In this document: one piece after another, positions 1 to 11,453 of the stretch
How the letters are laid out: each line of letters starts with the position of its first letter
Numbering within the stretch: position 1 is the stretch's first letter
Origin: the human T2T-CHM13v2.0 reference genome, Homo sapiens
Strand: one strand, 5' to 3'
Assembly: GCF_009914755.1 (NCBI RefSeq)
Contig: NC_060931.1
Length of the DNA: 64,000 nucleotides
Translations under genes and position numbers: made by a program
The notes under the pieces: model-generated
What the model was told of the DNA's origin: nothing
Database searches by the model: none
The model's input: only the letters and a program-made list of their open reading frames with translations

Positions 1-655
1 TTGGTGATGGTTAAAATGAATCTAAAATTTCTATCTATGTAATTGTGGAGAGATTGGAGTCCAAAAGATTTGGTTAGTTTGTTTAATCACAGTTTCACTG
101 CTTGGCTGCAACCATGGTATGAAAATGTGTCAATTAGGCCTGTGATTCTTATCATTCTGTGAGCCACTGTGGATGTAAATGACTGACTCATTTAATTATG
201 CTTTGGATGTATAGACCTGGCTAACGTTTTGGATGTGATCTGGCATAATACATCAAATTGTAAAGCAATTCTGATATACATGTCACAACTAAAGACAATT
301 CTGATTGTAGTTTGTAGCAGAGAAAAAATTCATAAATCTTAATAATTTTACTAATTAATAATTAGTGAATTTTGAACATGTTTTTATTTTCCCTTTTTGT
401 TCCCAAGACTATTATTATCCTTTGACTCAGAATTGTAAACAAATGAAAGTGCTTTCTAGTGTAAAACGCAAACCACATTATATCAAGCACATTAAAAAAA
501 TGCAATCTCATTTTCACTTTCTGAAGTATATAAACAATTGTTAACCTTAGGAATGGACATAATAACAGAAGCATCCTTTATGTGTGTGCTCTAGCCAGAA
601 TTCCAAACTTAATCTGAAAAATGTAAATACAATTATCTATCTTATAACACAGGGT

Positions 656-890
656 CAAGCTTCTCAACCTCGGCATTATTGACATTTTGGGCTGGATAAT
701 TCTCTGTTGTGGGTGCTGTCCTGTGCTCTGTGGGATGTTCAGAAGCATCCTTGGCCTCTGTCCACAAGATGCCTATAGCACTACCAACCTCCCTACTTTA
801 CCAGCTGTGATAACCGAAAATATCCCCAGACATTGCCAAACATCCAGGTGTGAAGGGAGGGGCAAGATTGTCCTCAGTGGAGAACCAGTG
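656..890 (-). mobile_element. MER20 (hAT-Charlie DNA transposon fossil)
   Basis: TTCTCAACCTCGGCATTATTGACATTTTGGGCTGGATAATTC...CCAGACATTGCCAAA...GAGAACCAGTG matches the reverse complement of the MER20 consensus. Confidence 0.85.
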
Positions 891-2089
891 CATGGCTAGC
901 TTTCCTGGGTTTCACAGTTTAATTCATTATTAAATTTTAAAGGCAGAATTCACCTATGGAAAATGTAGGAAAAATCTCTTTGCTGGGAAAATTTCCCCCC
1001 AAATAGGACTATATTATATATCTATACATCTCTCTGATAGATAGTGGCCAGAAAAAATGTCTTCTTGTAAACTTTCTAGGCCTATGATTCAGATACATTT
1101 AGAGGAACAGGGATTATAAAGCCTTTCTGTTTTCAGGGAGACAGAATTCAATGGCATATCTTTAAAATTATCGTTAAAGTAACGAAAGTATAAACTGAGT
1201 AATTCTCATATTGACTTCATCTCAAACAGGAAAATATCATTTAGATTTAGAGAGCAACAGGTTGTCAATAGCTTTGGGAAATCTCTAGGTGTACCTAAAT
1301 ATTTATGCCAAAGAGCTTGGGAGTAAAATTACGCCTCTGCACAATAATGCTGCAGTGGAGAATCATGTATTCATCCTTTTGTCCACATATTTTCTTATTT
1401 ATAGTATCCAAGTGTAGCATTGAGAGTATCATTATTGTTAATATGCCCCTGTCAACAAATCATCATGTATCCTGTTTTATTTTTCATTTTTTGTTTTTGG
1501 TAAGGTTATTTCTATTTCTATTTCTATTTCTCGAGAGTAAAATAAAAGTGAATTCACAATATATTAGCCTTAGGATTTATAACTTTTATGCATATATGAA
1601 AGTATGTGTGCATTGGCTCTTGGGAAGACACCCGTTTGCCTTAGTTCTTATGTGTATTTACAAGCACCTCCCCACCATGTCATCTGCCTAGGGCAGGTAT
1701 GCAGTCCATTAAAAGCAAAAATATTTTCAAGATCTGTTGAGTTTTAATTCAGCCAGAACCAGATTCTATATCAAAATGCATTTTAGAAGTCAGAGGATCC
1801 AAAAGTTACAATTTACAGTCATCTTCCTCTCTCCTGTCAATCTCGGGTTCAGCTGTGAATGCAGCAGTCTGACTTGGATAGCTGCTGCCTCTCCTCTTTT
1901 TGTGCTGCTCTGGCCTCCAGGATACCCATTCACACTTACAGCCACTTGCCTGCCCAGGACTCTCTGTGGAACTGCCCCATGTTAACTCTGAGCACCCGGG
2001 CAAAATCCCTATTAGTATGTTACCACACCCTCCTCCCCCTTTAAAGCTGAAGAGAGTTCAAATTTTTCAAAATTCAGTGGAAATAAAAG

Positions 2090-2750
2090 CTACATAGTGA
2101 AAAATCCTGCATCCCATTCTTGTCCTGCATCTGCCCATTTCTTATCCTCCTCCAGCCACAGTTAACCACTGTTGTCAGTGTTTTATGTGCCCTTCCAGAA
2201 TTAAAAAAGTGCATATACAAATACTGATATATTGTTTTCTTCTCTTTCCTATACAAAAGGGAATGTGTTGTACATCATGTACAACACCTGGCTTTTTTTC
2301 ACTTAGCAATTTTTCTTGGGGGATCTTTCCAGAGTAGCCCACAGGAAGCTGGCTTATTCTTTTTTATAGACATTCAATTATATGAATGTACAATAATTTA
2401 TTTAACCATTCCCCTATAGATGGACACTTGAGTTGTTTCCACTCTTTCATTATCATAAACAATCAGCAATGAGAAACATTTAACTATTATTTTTTACATG
2501 AGTGCAAGTATGTATGTAGGATAAACTCACAGAAGTGAAACTGTAGGGTCAAGGGGTAGATGCAGTTGTCATTTTGATAGGTATTGAAAAAATACACTCC
2601 ATATGTGTAATCTGAGCAGCAACATATAAGAATGTCTATTTCCCCACAGCGTGGACAACAGAGTGTTAACACAATTTTAAATTCTCACAATGTAATGGGG
2701 AAAAATGGTATGGTTTTAATTCACATTTCTCTTTTCATGGATGAGGTTGA
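2090..2750 (-). mobile_element. Old L1M (L1ME-like) 3' fragment
   Basis: TTTTTTCACTTAGCAAT...TTTAACCATTCCCCTATAGATGGACACTTGAGTTGTTTCCA, typical antisense L1M 3' end; boundaries approximate. Confidence 0.7.
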
Positions 2751-3309
2751 GATTTATGGTTGAATTTTGAATGGGCCTTTTGAATTCCTGTTAGATGTGC
2801 TCCTTGAACATTCATAATTTTAAGCAGTATGAAGTCATATGGGGGCTGTTTAGAAGGTAAGATCCCACATAAGACCCTCTAGCTACTACTGACTCTCTAG
2901 ATGTCAAGGTTGACACAGCTCAGAGAATGTACTTAACCTATGTTATTATATTTCTCTTAGAATGAGCCTAATATTTATCTATCGCATGACTAAATTTTAT
3001 AAACTACTAATTTGTATTTTGATAATTTACGTATTCGAAGACTACCTGTCTTATTACATCATTTGTCTTTATTTATGGTGCCAAATGTTTTCTCTTTCCT
3101 GCGTTAAGTTCTTTGGAATTATGACTAAAGGATAATGCTTTTCCATATGGCACACCTGAAATTCTCCCTCAATTTCCATCACATGAAAAACAAAAAATGG
3201 AAGATATTTATGCCAAAAATTGTCCTCCGAGTATCATTCTCTCCACTGCCTTCTCTTCTACAGTAATGGCTAGAGTAGATGTCAACAAGTGAATGTGTTC
3301 ATGTAGACA

Positions 3310-3370
3310 TTCAACATTTAAGCAATATTCACTGAGTGTCAACTATGTGCCAGGCACTGCTCTAGGCACC
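3310..3370 (-). mobile_element. L2 3' end fragment
   Basis: ATATTCACTGAGTGTCAACTATGTGCCAGGCACTGCTCTAGGCAC. Confidence 0.7.
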
Positions 3371-3489
3371 TAACTATTTCTGCTACAGCCAGCAAAGACA
3401 CATATTTGGATATTCATCAGATTTACCTACATTGTGTGTGAGTAGGAAGAAATATGCACGTATAGCACGTATTGTGCAACTAAAGATCA

Positions 3490-3660
3490 AGACTGGCAAT
3501 TGGGACACGTGGTTCTATTCTTGGGTCTGTCATTATCTTGCTGTGAGTATTGAGCAAATCCTTTCATCTCTATGGGCCTCAGCTTTCTCATCTGTGAAAA
3601 ATATAATGTTGACTAGAATAGATGATATTTACATCCCATCTAGTTTTAACATTCCAAGAA
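3490..3660 (+). mobile_element. MIR/MIR3 SINE
   Basis: Core GAGCAAATCCTTTCATCTCTATGGGCCTCAGCTTTCTCATCTGTGAAAA plus MIR3-like tail. Confidence 0.65.
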
Positions 3661-4349
3661 CACAATGCCCATATGCTACTTTTACAATTAAAAAAACACC
3701 CCAGAATCCACACTTACATGTGGCAGGCAACTGTGCCTTCTCTCTTCTGTGCCGACCCCACCAAGTATTCATAATCATTCCTTTTTCTGTCTTGAGGCAG
3801 CAGTATATATATTTTCTACAGGAATATATTATAACTATTTGTAAGCATTTGCATTAAAAATCTTCCAGGACATTAAATATTCAACATTTATGACATATTT
3901 CTGTTCAAATATATCTAAGTGAATAAAATGTCACCAAATATAAACCTCAGTAGAAAGCCTGAACAATAGACAGATTCTGGAGAAGCCAAAAATAACTAGA
4001 GAATGGATTAGAAGAAGACTTTACAATGTTGGCCTATGTTGTTTAGGACCATTGAGCTCCTCCAAGAAGGGTCATGACCACTGGCATGCAGGTTTAACTC
4101 TTTATCTAGAACGAGGTTAGCTGCCTACGAACTTGGAGGTGGTGAATTTTTTTGAAACATGCTTAAGAATCTCCTACAAAATTATGTTATCAAGTCATGC
4201 TTACCTCTGCTTTGTCCATATCCTTCTTTTATTAACCTTCTCTATTATCTTCACCCTTGGGTATTCTTCAGGTTGAATAATTTCATCTGTCATAGCAGTA
4301 GGTCAAATTGTAAACTCAATTTTAAAATTATCCTCTTTCAATAACTCTC

Positions 4350-4996
<647 letters not shown>

Positions 4997-5169
4997 TCAA
5001 TGACTTTCAAACAGATTTTAAACGAGTTAAATAATTTCACTGGTTATCTCTAATGCAAAATATTCAGATGAATATTAACTTACTACTTGCCACGTTGGAT
5101 AAATAAGTAGCTCTTCATTATTTTCAAACTAACATGAAATAGTGAAAAGAGAACGGGTATTTGAAGTTT

Positions 5170-5367
5170 TTGTTTTAAATGCCAGCTTCATCGGTTACCG
5201 CTTACAATTTACCATTTTATCATTTGTCCGAGCCTCAGTTTATTTCTCACATAATGATTTTAATAATTTTCAAATTGTTGTGAGATTAGAAATAATGTAT
5301 GAATACATAAGATTATAGAAACACAGTAGAAACTCAATAAACGTTAGTTGTCTTATCATTATTATTA
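5170..5367 (+). mobile_element. MIR
   Basis: GAGCCTCAGTTT...TTGTTGTGAGATTAGA...CTCAATAAACGTTAG. Confidence 0.65.
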
Positions 5368-5877
5368 CAATGAGCAATCAGATAACATGCCACTAGCAAT
5401 TTTTCCTCTGATTTTTCTTTTATAAGGCAAAGGTTAGGAAATTAGATCTTGCTGTTTCACTTTCTTACTGGTATTTGAGAAATATTTATTTCTTATTGCT
5501 GTTTGAGAACATCAAGCAACTTATATGATGAATATTCAAATATTGGACAAATTCAAGGAGAGATGAATCACTGCTCTCATAATCTGGTGATTGATCGCTG
5601 TGTGTAGACAGTACGCAGGTATTCCTAAAATGCCAACAATAGAGGTCTTTAATGAGCTGTTTTTTCTCATGATTGCCATTCTCAAACTTATTACCATAAA
5701 AATGCCAACATCATATTTTATTTAATACAATTGGTCTTTGATAGCATTGTTTGAAGATTTATGAAGAAAGCAACTTTGTTTTTAAAGGAAGAGAAAAGAA
5801 GACTGAAAACCTCAGAACTGGTTAGTGGCTCAGGGATGCATTTCAGAGCTCAGCGCTGAACACTTCGCTTCAGAGCC

Positions 5878-5896
5878 GCGCCTCTAGATGGCGGAG
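5878..5896 (+). promoter_or_regulatory. Candidate CTCF site in a CpG-retaining patch
   Basis: CCTCTAGATGGCGG at 5881-5894 fits the CTCF core; about 10 CpGs in 5850-5985. Confidence 0.7.
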
Positions 5897-6214
5897 GAAC
5901 GCTGCGGGGAGGGGCGCAGACTTCCCAAGGATGCAGTTCAGACCTCTGGTGATTTAATAGCCCTCAGACGGAGTAGTCAGCGTTGCAATACCAATTAACT
6001 GAAGTTATTAATAATGCTCTCAACATAAATGCCTAACTCATATTTTTAATCCAGTGTGTACCCTTTAAAAAAACACATAACTGCTTAAATATAAGAGAGC
6101 ACGTAGTAGTGTGTAATACAGCAAATCAATTTTTAAAAAGAAAAGCATTCTTGTGAGATTGGCCTTTCAGTGTTTTTGAAGCAATGATTTTATTTGGGGG
6201 TGGAGAGAGCGTTA

Positions 6215-6460
6215 GGGAGCAGCCTGAGAGCAGAGTGGTTGCAGTCCAGATGAGAGCTCAGAACGTTCTGGGTTTGAATCCCAGCTCTCTCGCTTACCGT
6301 GTGTCCTTGGGCAAGATGCATACACTCTCTGAGTTTAGGTTTGTATGGTCTGGAGATAACGACAGCGACAGCGCCTACTTCATTAAGTGGTTGTAAAGAT
6401 TAGAAAATCAAGTTTAGGTAAAGCATTTGGCACAGAGCTCCTAAGTACCCCTAAATGGCG
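6215..6460 (+). mobile_element. MIR
   Basis: GGGTTTGAATCCCAGCTCT...GTGTCCTTGGGCAAG...AAGCATTTGGCACAG. Confidence 0.8.
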
Positions 6461-6586
6461 GGTTTTGAGCTTGATGAGGAACTAATACAAATTAGGTTGT
6501 CTTATTCAGGTGGAACAACATAGGTTGTGGGAATGTGAGACATCACTAGAATCCGGGGGAGTGAGCAGGCATCCTAAGAGCTTTTT

Positions 6587-6892
6587 ATTTTCTCAAGACA
6601 AGGTCTCACTCTGTTGCACAGGCTTGGGGTGCAGTGGTTTGATCATAGCTTACTGCAGCCTCCAGTGATTCTCCTGCCTCAACTTCCCAAGTAGCTGAGA
6701 CCACAGGTGGCACCACAATGCCTGGCTAATTTTTTAAAAAAATTCATTTTGTTTGTTTATTTATTTATTTATTTTAGAGACAATGTCTCCCTATGTTGAC
6801 CACCCTGGTCTCAAACTCCTGGCCTCAAGTGATCCTCCTGCTTTAGCATCCCAAAGTGCTGGGATTACAGGAGTGAGCCACCGTGCCTGGCC
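6587..6892 (-). mobile_element. AluJ
   Basis: GATCATAGCTTACTGCAGCCTCC and CTCCTGGCCTCAAGTGATCCTCC are J-type; perfect TSD TCCTAAGAGCTTTTT at 6572 and 6893. Confidence 0.9.
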
Positions 6893-7694
6893 TCCTAAGA
6901 GCTTTTTACACCTTGCTGTTTAAATGAGAGACTGTACCTGATTCTCTGTCTCTTTCTGACAAAATGCATGGGAGTGACGGGGCAGGAGGAGGAGATTACT
7001 AAGTTCTGACAGGCAGGAAGCTCAGAGGTGTCATTTATGCACACCCTTGTGGCACAGCTCCTCAGCAGATTCTAGTGCTTTTAAAAGCATAAACAATCTT
7101 GTCAATAGTTGATTTTCAAAGAGAAGATAAAAGATGTGTTTTTTTCTGATGCCTGGGACAGAGCCTTATGCTACCAGATTCTGGTTAAAATTGGTGACCT
7201 AAACATGTACCTACCAAAGGAATCATAGAGATGTCACAGAAAGTGATATTTTGAGTATTTTGTTTGTAACAAATTGAAAGGAAGTGTGTTTTAGTTATGT
7301 AAATGCAGGCCTCTTGGGAACAATATGACATGTTAAACCAGTATAATTGCAGTAAGCGTTGAGAAGTGAATTTTTTCTTTTTTGTAAATCCCACCATCCT
7401 CATCTTTTTATATTTTGGGCAAATTTTTTCATTCTCAATGAACTTTCACTCATAAACTAACTGGGAGACACATGGATAGTGATGTTAGAAGACAAATAAA
7501 GTAGAGCTTTACGTATTTTTCCTAGGTACTCACCTTTTTACCTGATAAAGAATAGAAAAAACGTATACACTTCTGATTCTTACCCAGAAAGGGCAGCAGA
7601 TCTAAAAATCAATATATAACTTGGACCCTGTTCCCTGTGCCCGGGGGAGTGAAGAAACAAAAACCTGGGCTTTCTTCTCTGCTCAGTCTCCAGG

Positions 7695-7785
7695 TGACGT
7701 AGTTATAGGCACGTCTTGGGGTGGGTGTGGGACTTTCCAGATCAAGAGCCTCTCCTGGGCCGGCTGTACTTGGCGGAATGTCCTG
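7695..7785. promoter_or_regulatory. Candidate enhancer motif cluster (CRE-like, GT-box, NF-kB, TEAD-like)
   Basis: TGACGTA 7695, GGGTGGG about 7719, GGGACTTTCC 7729-7738, GGAATGT about 7775; several CpGs. Confidence 0.35.
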
Positions 7786-7814
7786 TTGCTCTTTGCACTG
7801 TACAACAGTTGTGG

Positions 7815-8228
7815 ATAGTAACTAGCTAGGACCAGTGGTGTGGGCGGTAAAGGAATTTACCAAGACAGTTGTAGGTAAAGAAAGGCAGATTTATTGGAGA
7901 AAGTACAAAAATACATTTTAAGGATACAGTCAGCAAGAGAGGAGCTGACTGCAAGGAGACAAAAGCAAGGGGATTTATAGGATGGTGCTGGTGCTGGAGA
8001 GGGCTATGTGCGGTACTGATAATGTTAAGGTTGCAGTGAGCTAACTTGCATTTTTCTATCAGCTGAGGGTCTGGTGGTAAGTTGGGCACAGGTAGATTTT
8101 GACTTATTTGTGCAGGAGGGCCAGGTGTCCTGAACCATGAAGAAAGGCAGATTTATAGCTTCTCTGCTTTTTCTGTTTGCTTCCCCTTGGTCCTGCCAGC
8201 CTGACTCCTTTTCTCTAATTAGCCACAC
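7815..8228 (-). mobile_element. Solo LTR (LTR47-like)
   Basis: Reverse strand reads TGTGGCTAATTAGAGAAAAGGAGTCAGGCTGGCAGGACC...GCTATAAATCTGCCTTTCTTCATGG; AATAAA on - strand at 7890-7895; family from memory. Confidence 0.6.
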
Positions 8229-8287
8229 TGCTGACTGGCTTCTGCCCTCCCCCTCTAGCCCTCTCCCCATCTTGGTGAAAGGATCAG

Positions 8288-8411
8288 TGCCTTGTGGACC
8301 TGAACTGGGGACCCCTTCCGGAGAACCAGAAGTTCTGACTCTTGCCCAGCTCAATGAGGCCTTCTCAGTGCACCTGGGCAAGTTACACATAATGGAAACT
8401 ATATCTGTTTC
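8288..8411 (+). repeat. 124-bp segment duplicated at 9715-9838 (copy 1, partly degraded MIR)
   Basis: Direct comparison gives 5 mismatches in 124 bp. Confidence 0.95.
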
Positions 8412-9558
8412 CTTAGGTTTTGAAGACTTGAGATATTACATAGGTTTCAATAGATATTACTATAAATAGTGATTTAAATTCATTCATTGAAATTGCAGTT
8501 ATTTTATGCCAATTTGGTGCCAGCTGCCCTGCTGGATACTACAGACATAAAACAAAGAAAGACATGGTTCCTGCTCTCAGGCATTAATGAGAGAGAGATG
8601 GGCCAAAAGAAAGAAGTTAATATACTGCCTGCGCACCTGGTATACGATTGGCCTACTGTTTTCCTGGAGCCATTCTCTTTGAGAGCTGTAGTGATTGGTG
8701 ATAAATTAATTGTGCAGGTGGTGTTCTGGGTTAAGGGAAGAAAAAGGAAGAAATCTCAACCTCATAGTTTACGTCAAGATTATTTTAGCATTACATATAA
8801 CAGAACAACCACTTCAGCAAAAAAAAGGGGGGGAGTTGGGTCTTGTATATTATAATGTACTTTATTAGTCAATTACTTTCAGGATGTTGGGGGCAATCTG
8901 CAGTATCCATGATAACTCAGAATGATTACTTTGTCTTTGTCAATTGCTATATCTCTGTCTGGAACACCCATCACTATAGTTACGATGTGCTTACCGAAAT
9001 TTGAGACAAGACCCCAAGGAAGGAGACAGTATTTTCATTTCTCTATTTAACTAGAAGGAGGAAGAAGGAAATTGCTTAGGATTTAAGGATTTTAGATTGC
9101 CTGGTTTATTGTATAAATACCTGGTATGTATGATTATTGAAAAAGCTTTGGAATAGTTTGAATTTACAGCCTTGAAAACAGCAGATGTACAAATAGGTGT
9201 AATTGTCTTTTAATGCTGCTATTCCCAAAGCATCTTAAAATAAAGGTCAATATTGATAAAATGTTTGGAAGTGGGCTTTTAGGATAATGCCATTTTCAAA
9301 TGTGAGGTTATTGGTTTTCCATCCACCTTCTCATAGGTAGTCAAAATTTTACTGTACACATTAACATTATTGCAATGTGTTATTCATGTTATTCTGAATG
9401 AAATATCAAACACTGACAAGACACAAGCTACTATCTAGAATATAAGGAGAAACAGAATCATTAGGTTACCATAGGTATACATGAATAAATGGGGAATATC
9501 TATTTTTGTTTGCAGAAATCCAGAAGTTGACTTTTGGATGTTGAAAGCAACACAAATG

Positions 9559-9561
<3 letters not shown>

Positions 9562-9593
<32 letters not shown>
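9562..9593. repeat. (CA)n microsatellite
   Basis: About 16 AC units. Confidence 0.95.
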
Positions 9594-9595
<2 letters not shown>

Positions 9596-9646
9596 AGGAA
9601 TACACGTTAGGAATACACACTTTATATGTATGTATGTGCATGTGTG

Positions 9647-9712
9647 TGTATTCATATGTGCCAAAATGTATTCATATGTGCCAAAATGTATTCATATGTG
9701 CCATAATGTATT
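9647..9712 (+). repeat. 20-bp tandem repeat, about 3.3 copies
   Basis: TGTATTCATATGTGCCAAAA x3 (last unit CCATAA) plus TGTATT. Confidence 0.95.
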
Positions 9713-9714
9713 TC

Positions 9715-9838
9715 TGCCTTGTTGACCTGAACTGGGGATCCCTTCCTGAGAACCAGAAGTTCTGACTCTTGCCCAGCTCAGTGAGGCCTTCTCAGTGCAC
9801 CTGGGCAAGTTACACATAATGGAAACTATATCTATTTC
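9715..9838 (+). repeat. Copy 2 of 8288-8411
   Basis: TGCCTTGTTGACCTGAACTGGGG...GGAAACTATATCTATTTC. Confidence 0.95.
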
Positions 9839-10688
9839 TTAAAAGTTAAAAAAATTCTAAAATATGAAGAAATACACATTTACCTGAAGCATGAAGCAAA
9901 CCTCCAGGAAAACCTTTCAAAACTTCATCTTCATCATAACACCCAGAAATTGTCAGGTCATTCATTATGTATAATTAATACATCCATTTTTTTCTTTCTT
10001 CCTCAAGTACAGACATTGCAAAGTGAGGCATGTGGTTTTGTAGTAAATAACACTGTTTTCAACAATTTGTTTCCATGTCTGGACAGATGTATCATTTAAT
10101 TTGTCAATTCTGGAAATTTATTTATTTGGCTCAGTTTTTATTCTCAGATGCAAACATACATACCTGCTACTATAAATATGGAATAAAAATCTTCATTTTT
10201 TTAAGAGTAAAAAAAATTGTTGATTATAAACCTTTCATTGCAATATGACAACACAATTTATCAAAACTATAACCATAGTTGAGTCAGGTGGGATAGTTTC
10301 ATGAAATTAAACAAAAGTCTTCTAGTTGAAGAAAGGTAATGGGACTAATATAAGTGTTTAGTGTACTCAATTTTCTATTCGTGCAGAGTAAGTCAATGAT
10401 TTACTTCTTCCGGAAAGATTTCAAATGGGAAACAAGTTTTAGCATTTAGTGTATTAGACTTTCATGCAGAGTATGTATTCAATCCATACACAGTTAAGTC
10501 AATTTTGGATTGTCTTCCCTGAGGAAAAGTAGCATTTGCATGGATAATCCACAGGTATTTTTTCTGGCATCTTAATGTGTGTTTAGAAGTTTGTTAAGTT
10601 TATTTGGTTATCAGTGACTTTAACAAAATGTGTGGGAATTCAAAACTTTATACATAGTAATCCGGTCATCCAACTGAAAACCAACTCA

Positions 10689-11453
10689 GCTATAATGTCT
10701 GTTAATTTCAGAAGGATCTCTCTCATTTTCAGAGAAAGATGTAAATTAAATTCAGTACCTTTTTTATCCTGTAGGATAAAACACATGTGTAGGCCATCTA
10801 GATGACAAGCATTAAGATACTTCCCAATTCATGCTGGAATTTGATAATGTAATTTCTTAGAGAAATACAAATTTCTAAATTTGTAAGGCAAACTCTACCG
10901 ATTTCATCAGGTAGGAGTGGGTAATACAATATTTTGGTTTAAAATGATAAACAAAAGAACACAAATACAAATACAGCAGAAGAGTAGTGGGCAAATTATT
11001 CTGTTAATTTCTCTATTTAATCCTGGCAGTAAAAGTCTGAAAGTAAAAAAGATTGTCACATTGTTAATACTTTTTCCATGAATAATTAAAAGGTAGCTAT
11101 ATTATTTTTAAAGTTCTTCCCAGCCTTTAGGGCAAATGAGCAATAAAAGATAGTAGGTAACTGAAGCAATTATTTGAATTACTCTATCAAAAATTCCAAC
11201 CAATTATATATCTATGTGTGCTATGAAATTGAGGCCAAGGCAGATATTTTAACTTAAATAGATAAATAATTCCTTTGGTTTGCTAATGTGATTAACATTT
11301 ATCTGTATCTGAAAAACTCTACTTTTTTTCAGTAAGCTATATTCTCTGTTAATTTCAGAAGGAGTTCTTGTTTTTAGAGAAATATGTAAATTAAATTCAG
11401 TGACTTTTTAATCCTTAAGACACATCTGTAGGCCATCTAGGTGACAAGCATTA
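10689..11453 (+). repeat. Diverged direct repeat pair (10689-10814 and 11335-11453)
   Basis: Shared blocks TCTGTTAATTTCAGAAGGA, ATGTAAATTAAATTCAGT and TGTAGGCCATCTAG(A/G)TGACAAGCATTA. Confidence 0.85.

Noticed and set aside
5824-5945. Pol III A-box/B-box-like pair (TGGCTCAGG, GTTCAGACC) suggesting a tRNA-like gene
   Set aside because: The B box is imperfect and I see no cloverleaf or well-placed terminator; the CTCF motif explains the patch better.
6361-6376. REST half-site GACAGCGCC
   Set aside because: The left half TTCAGCACC is missing.
9647-9712. CRISPR-like repeat
   Set aside because: The units are contiguous with no spacers, and the context is eukaryotic.
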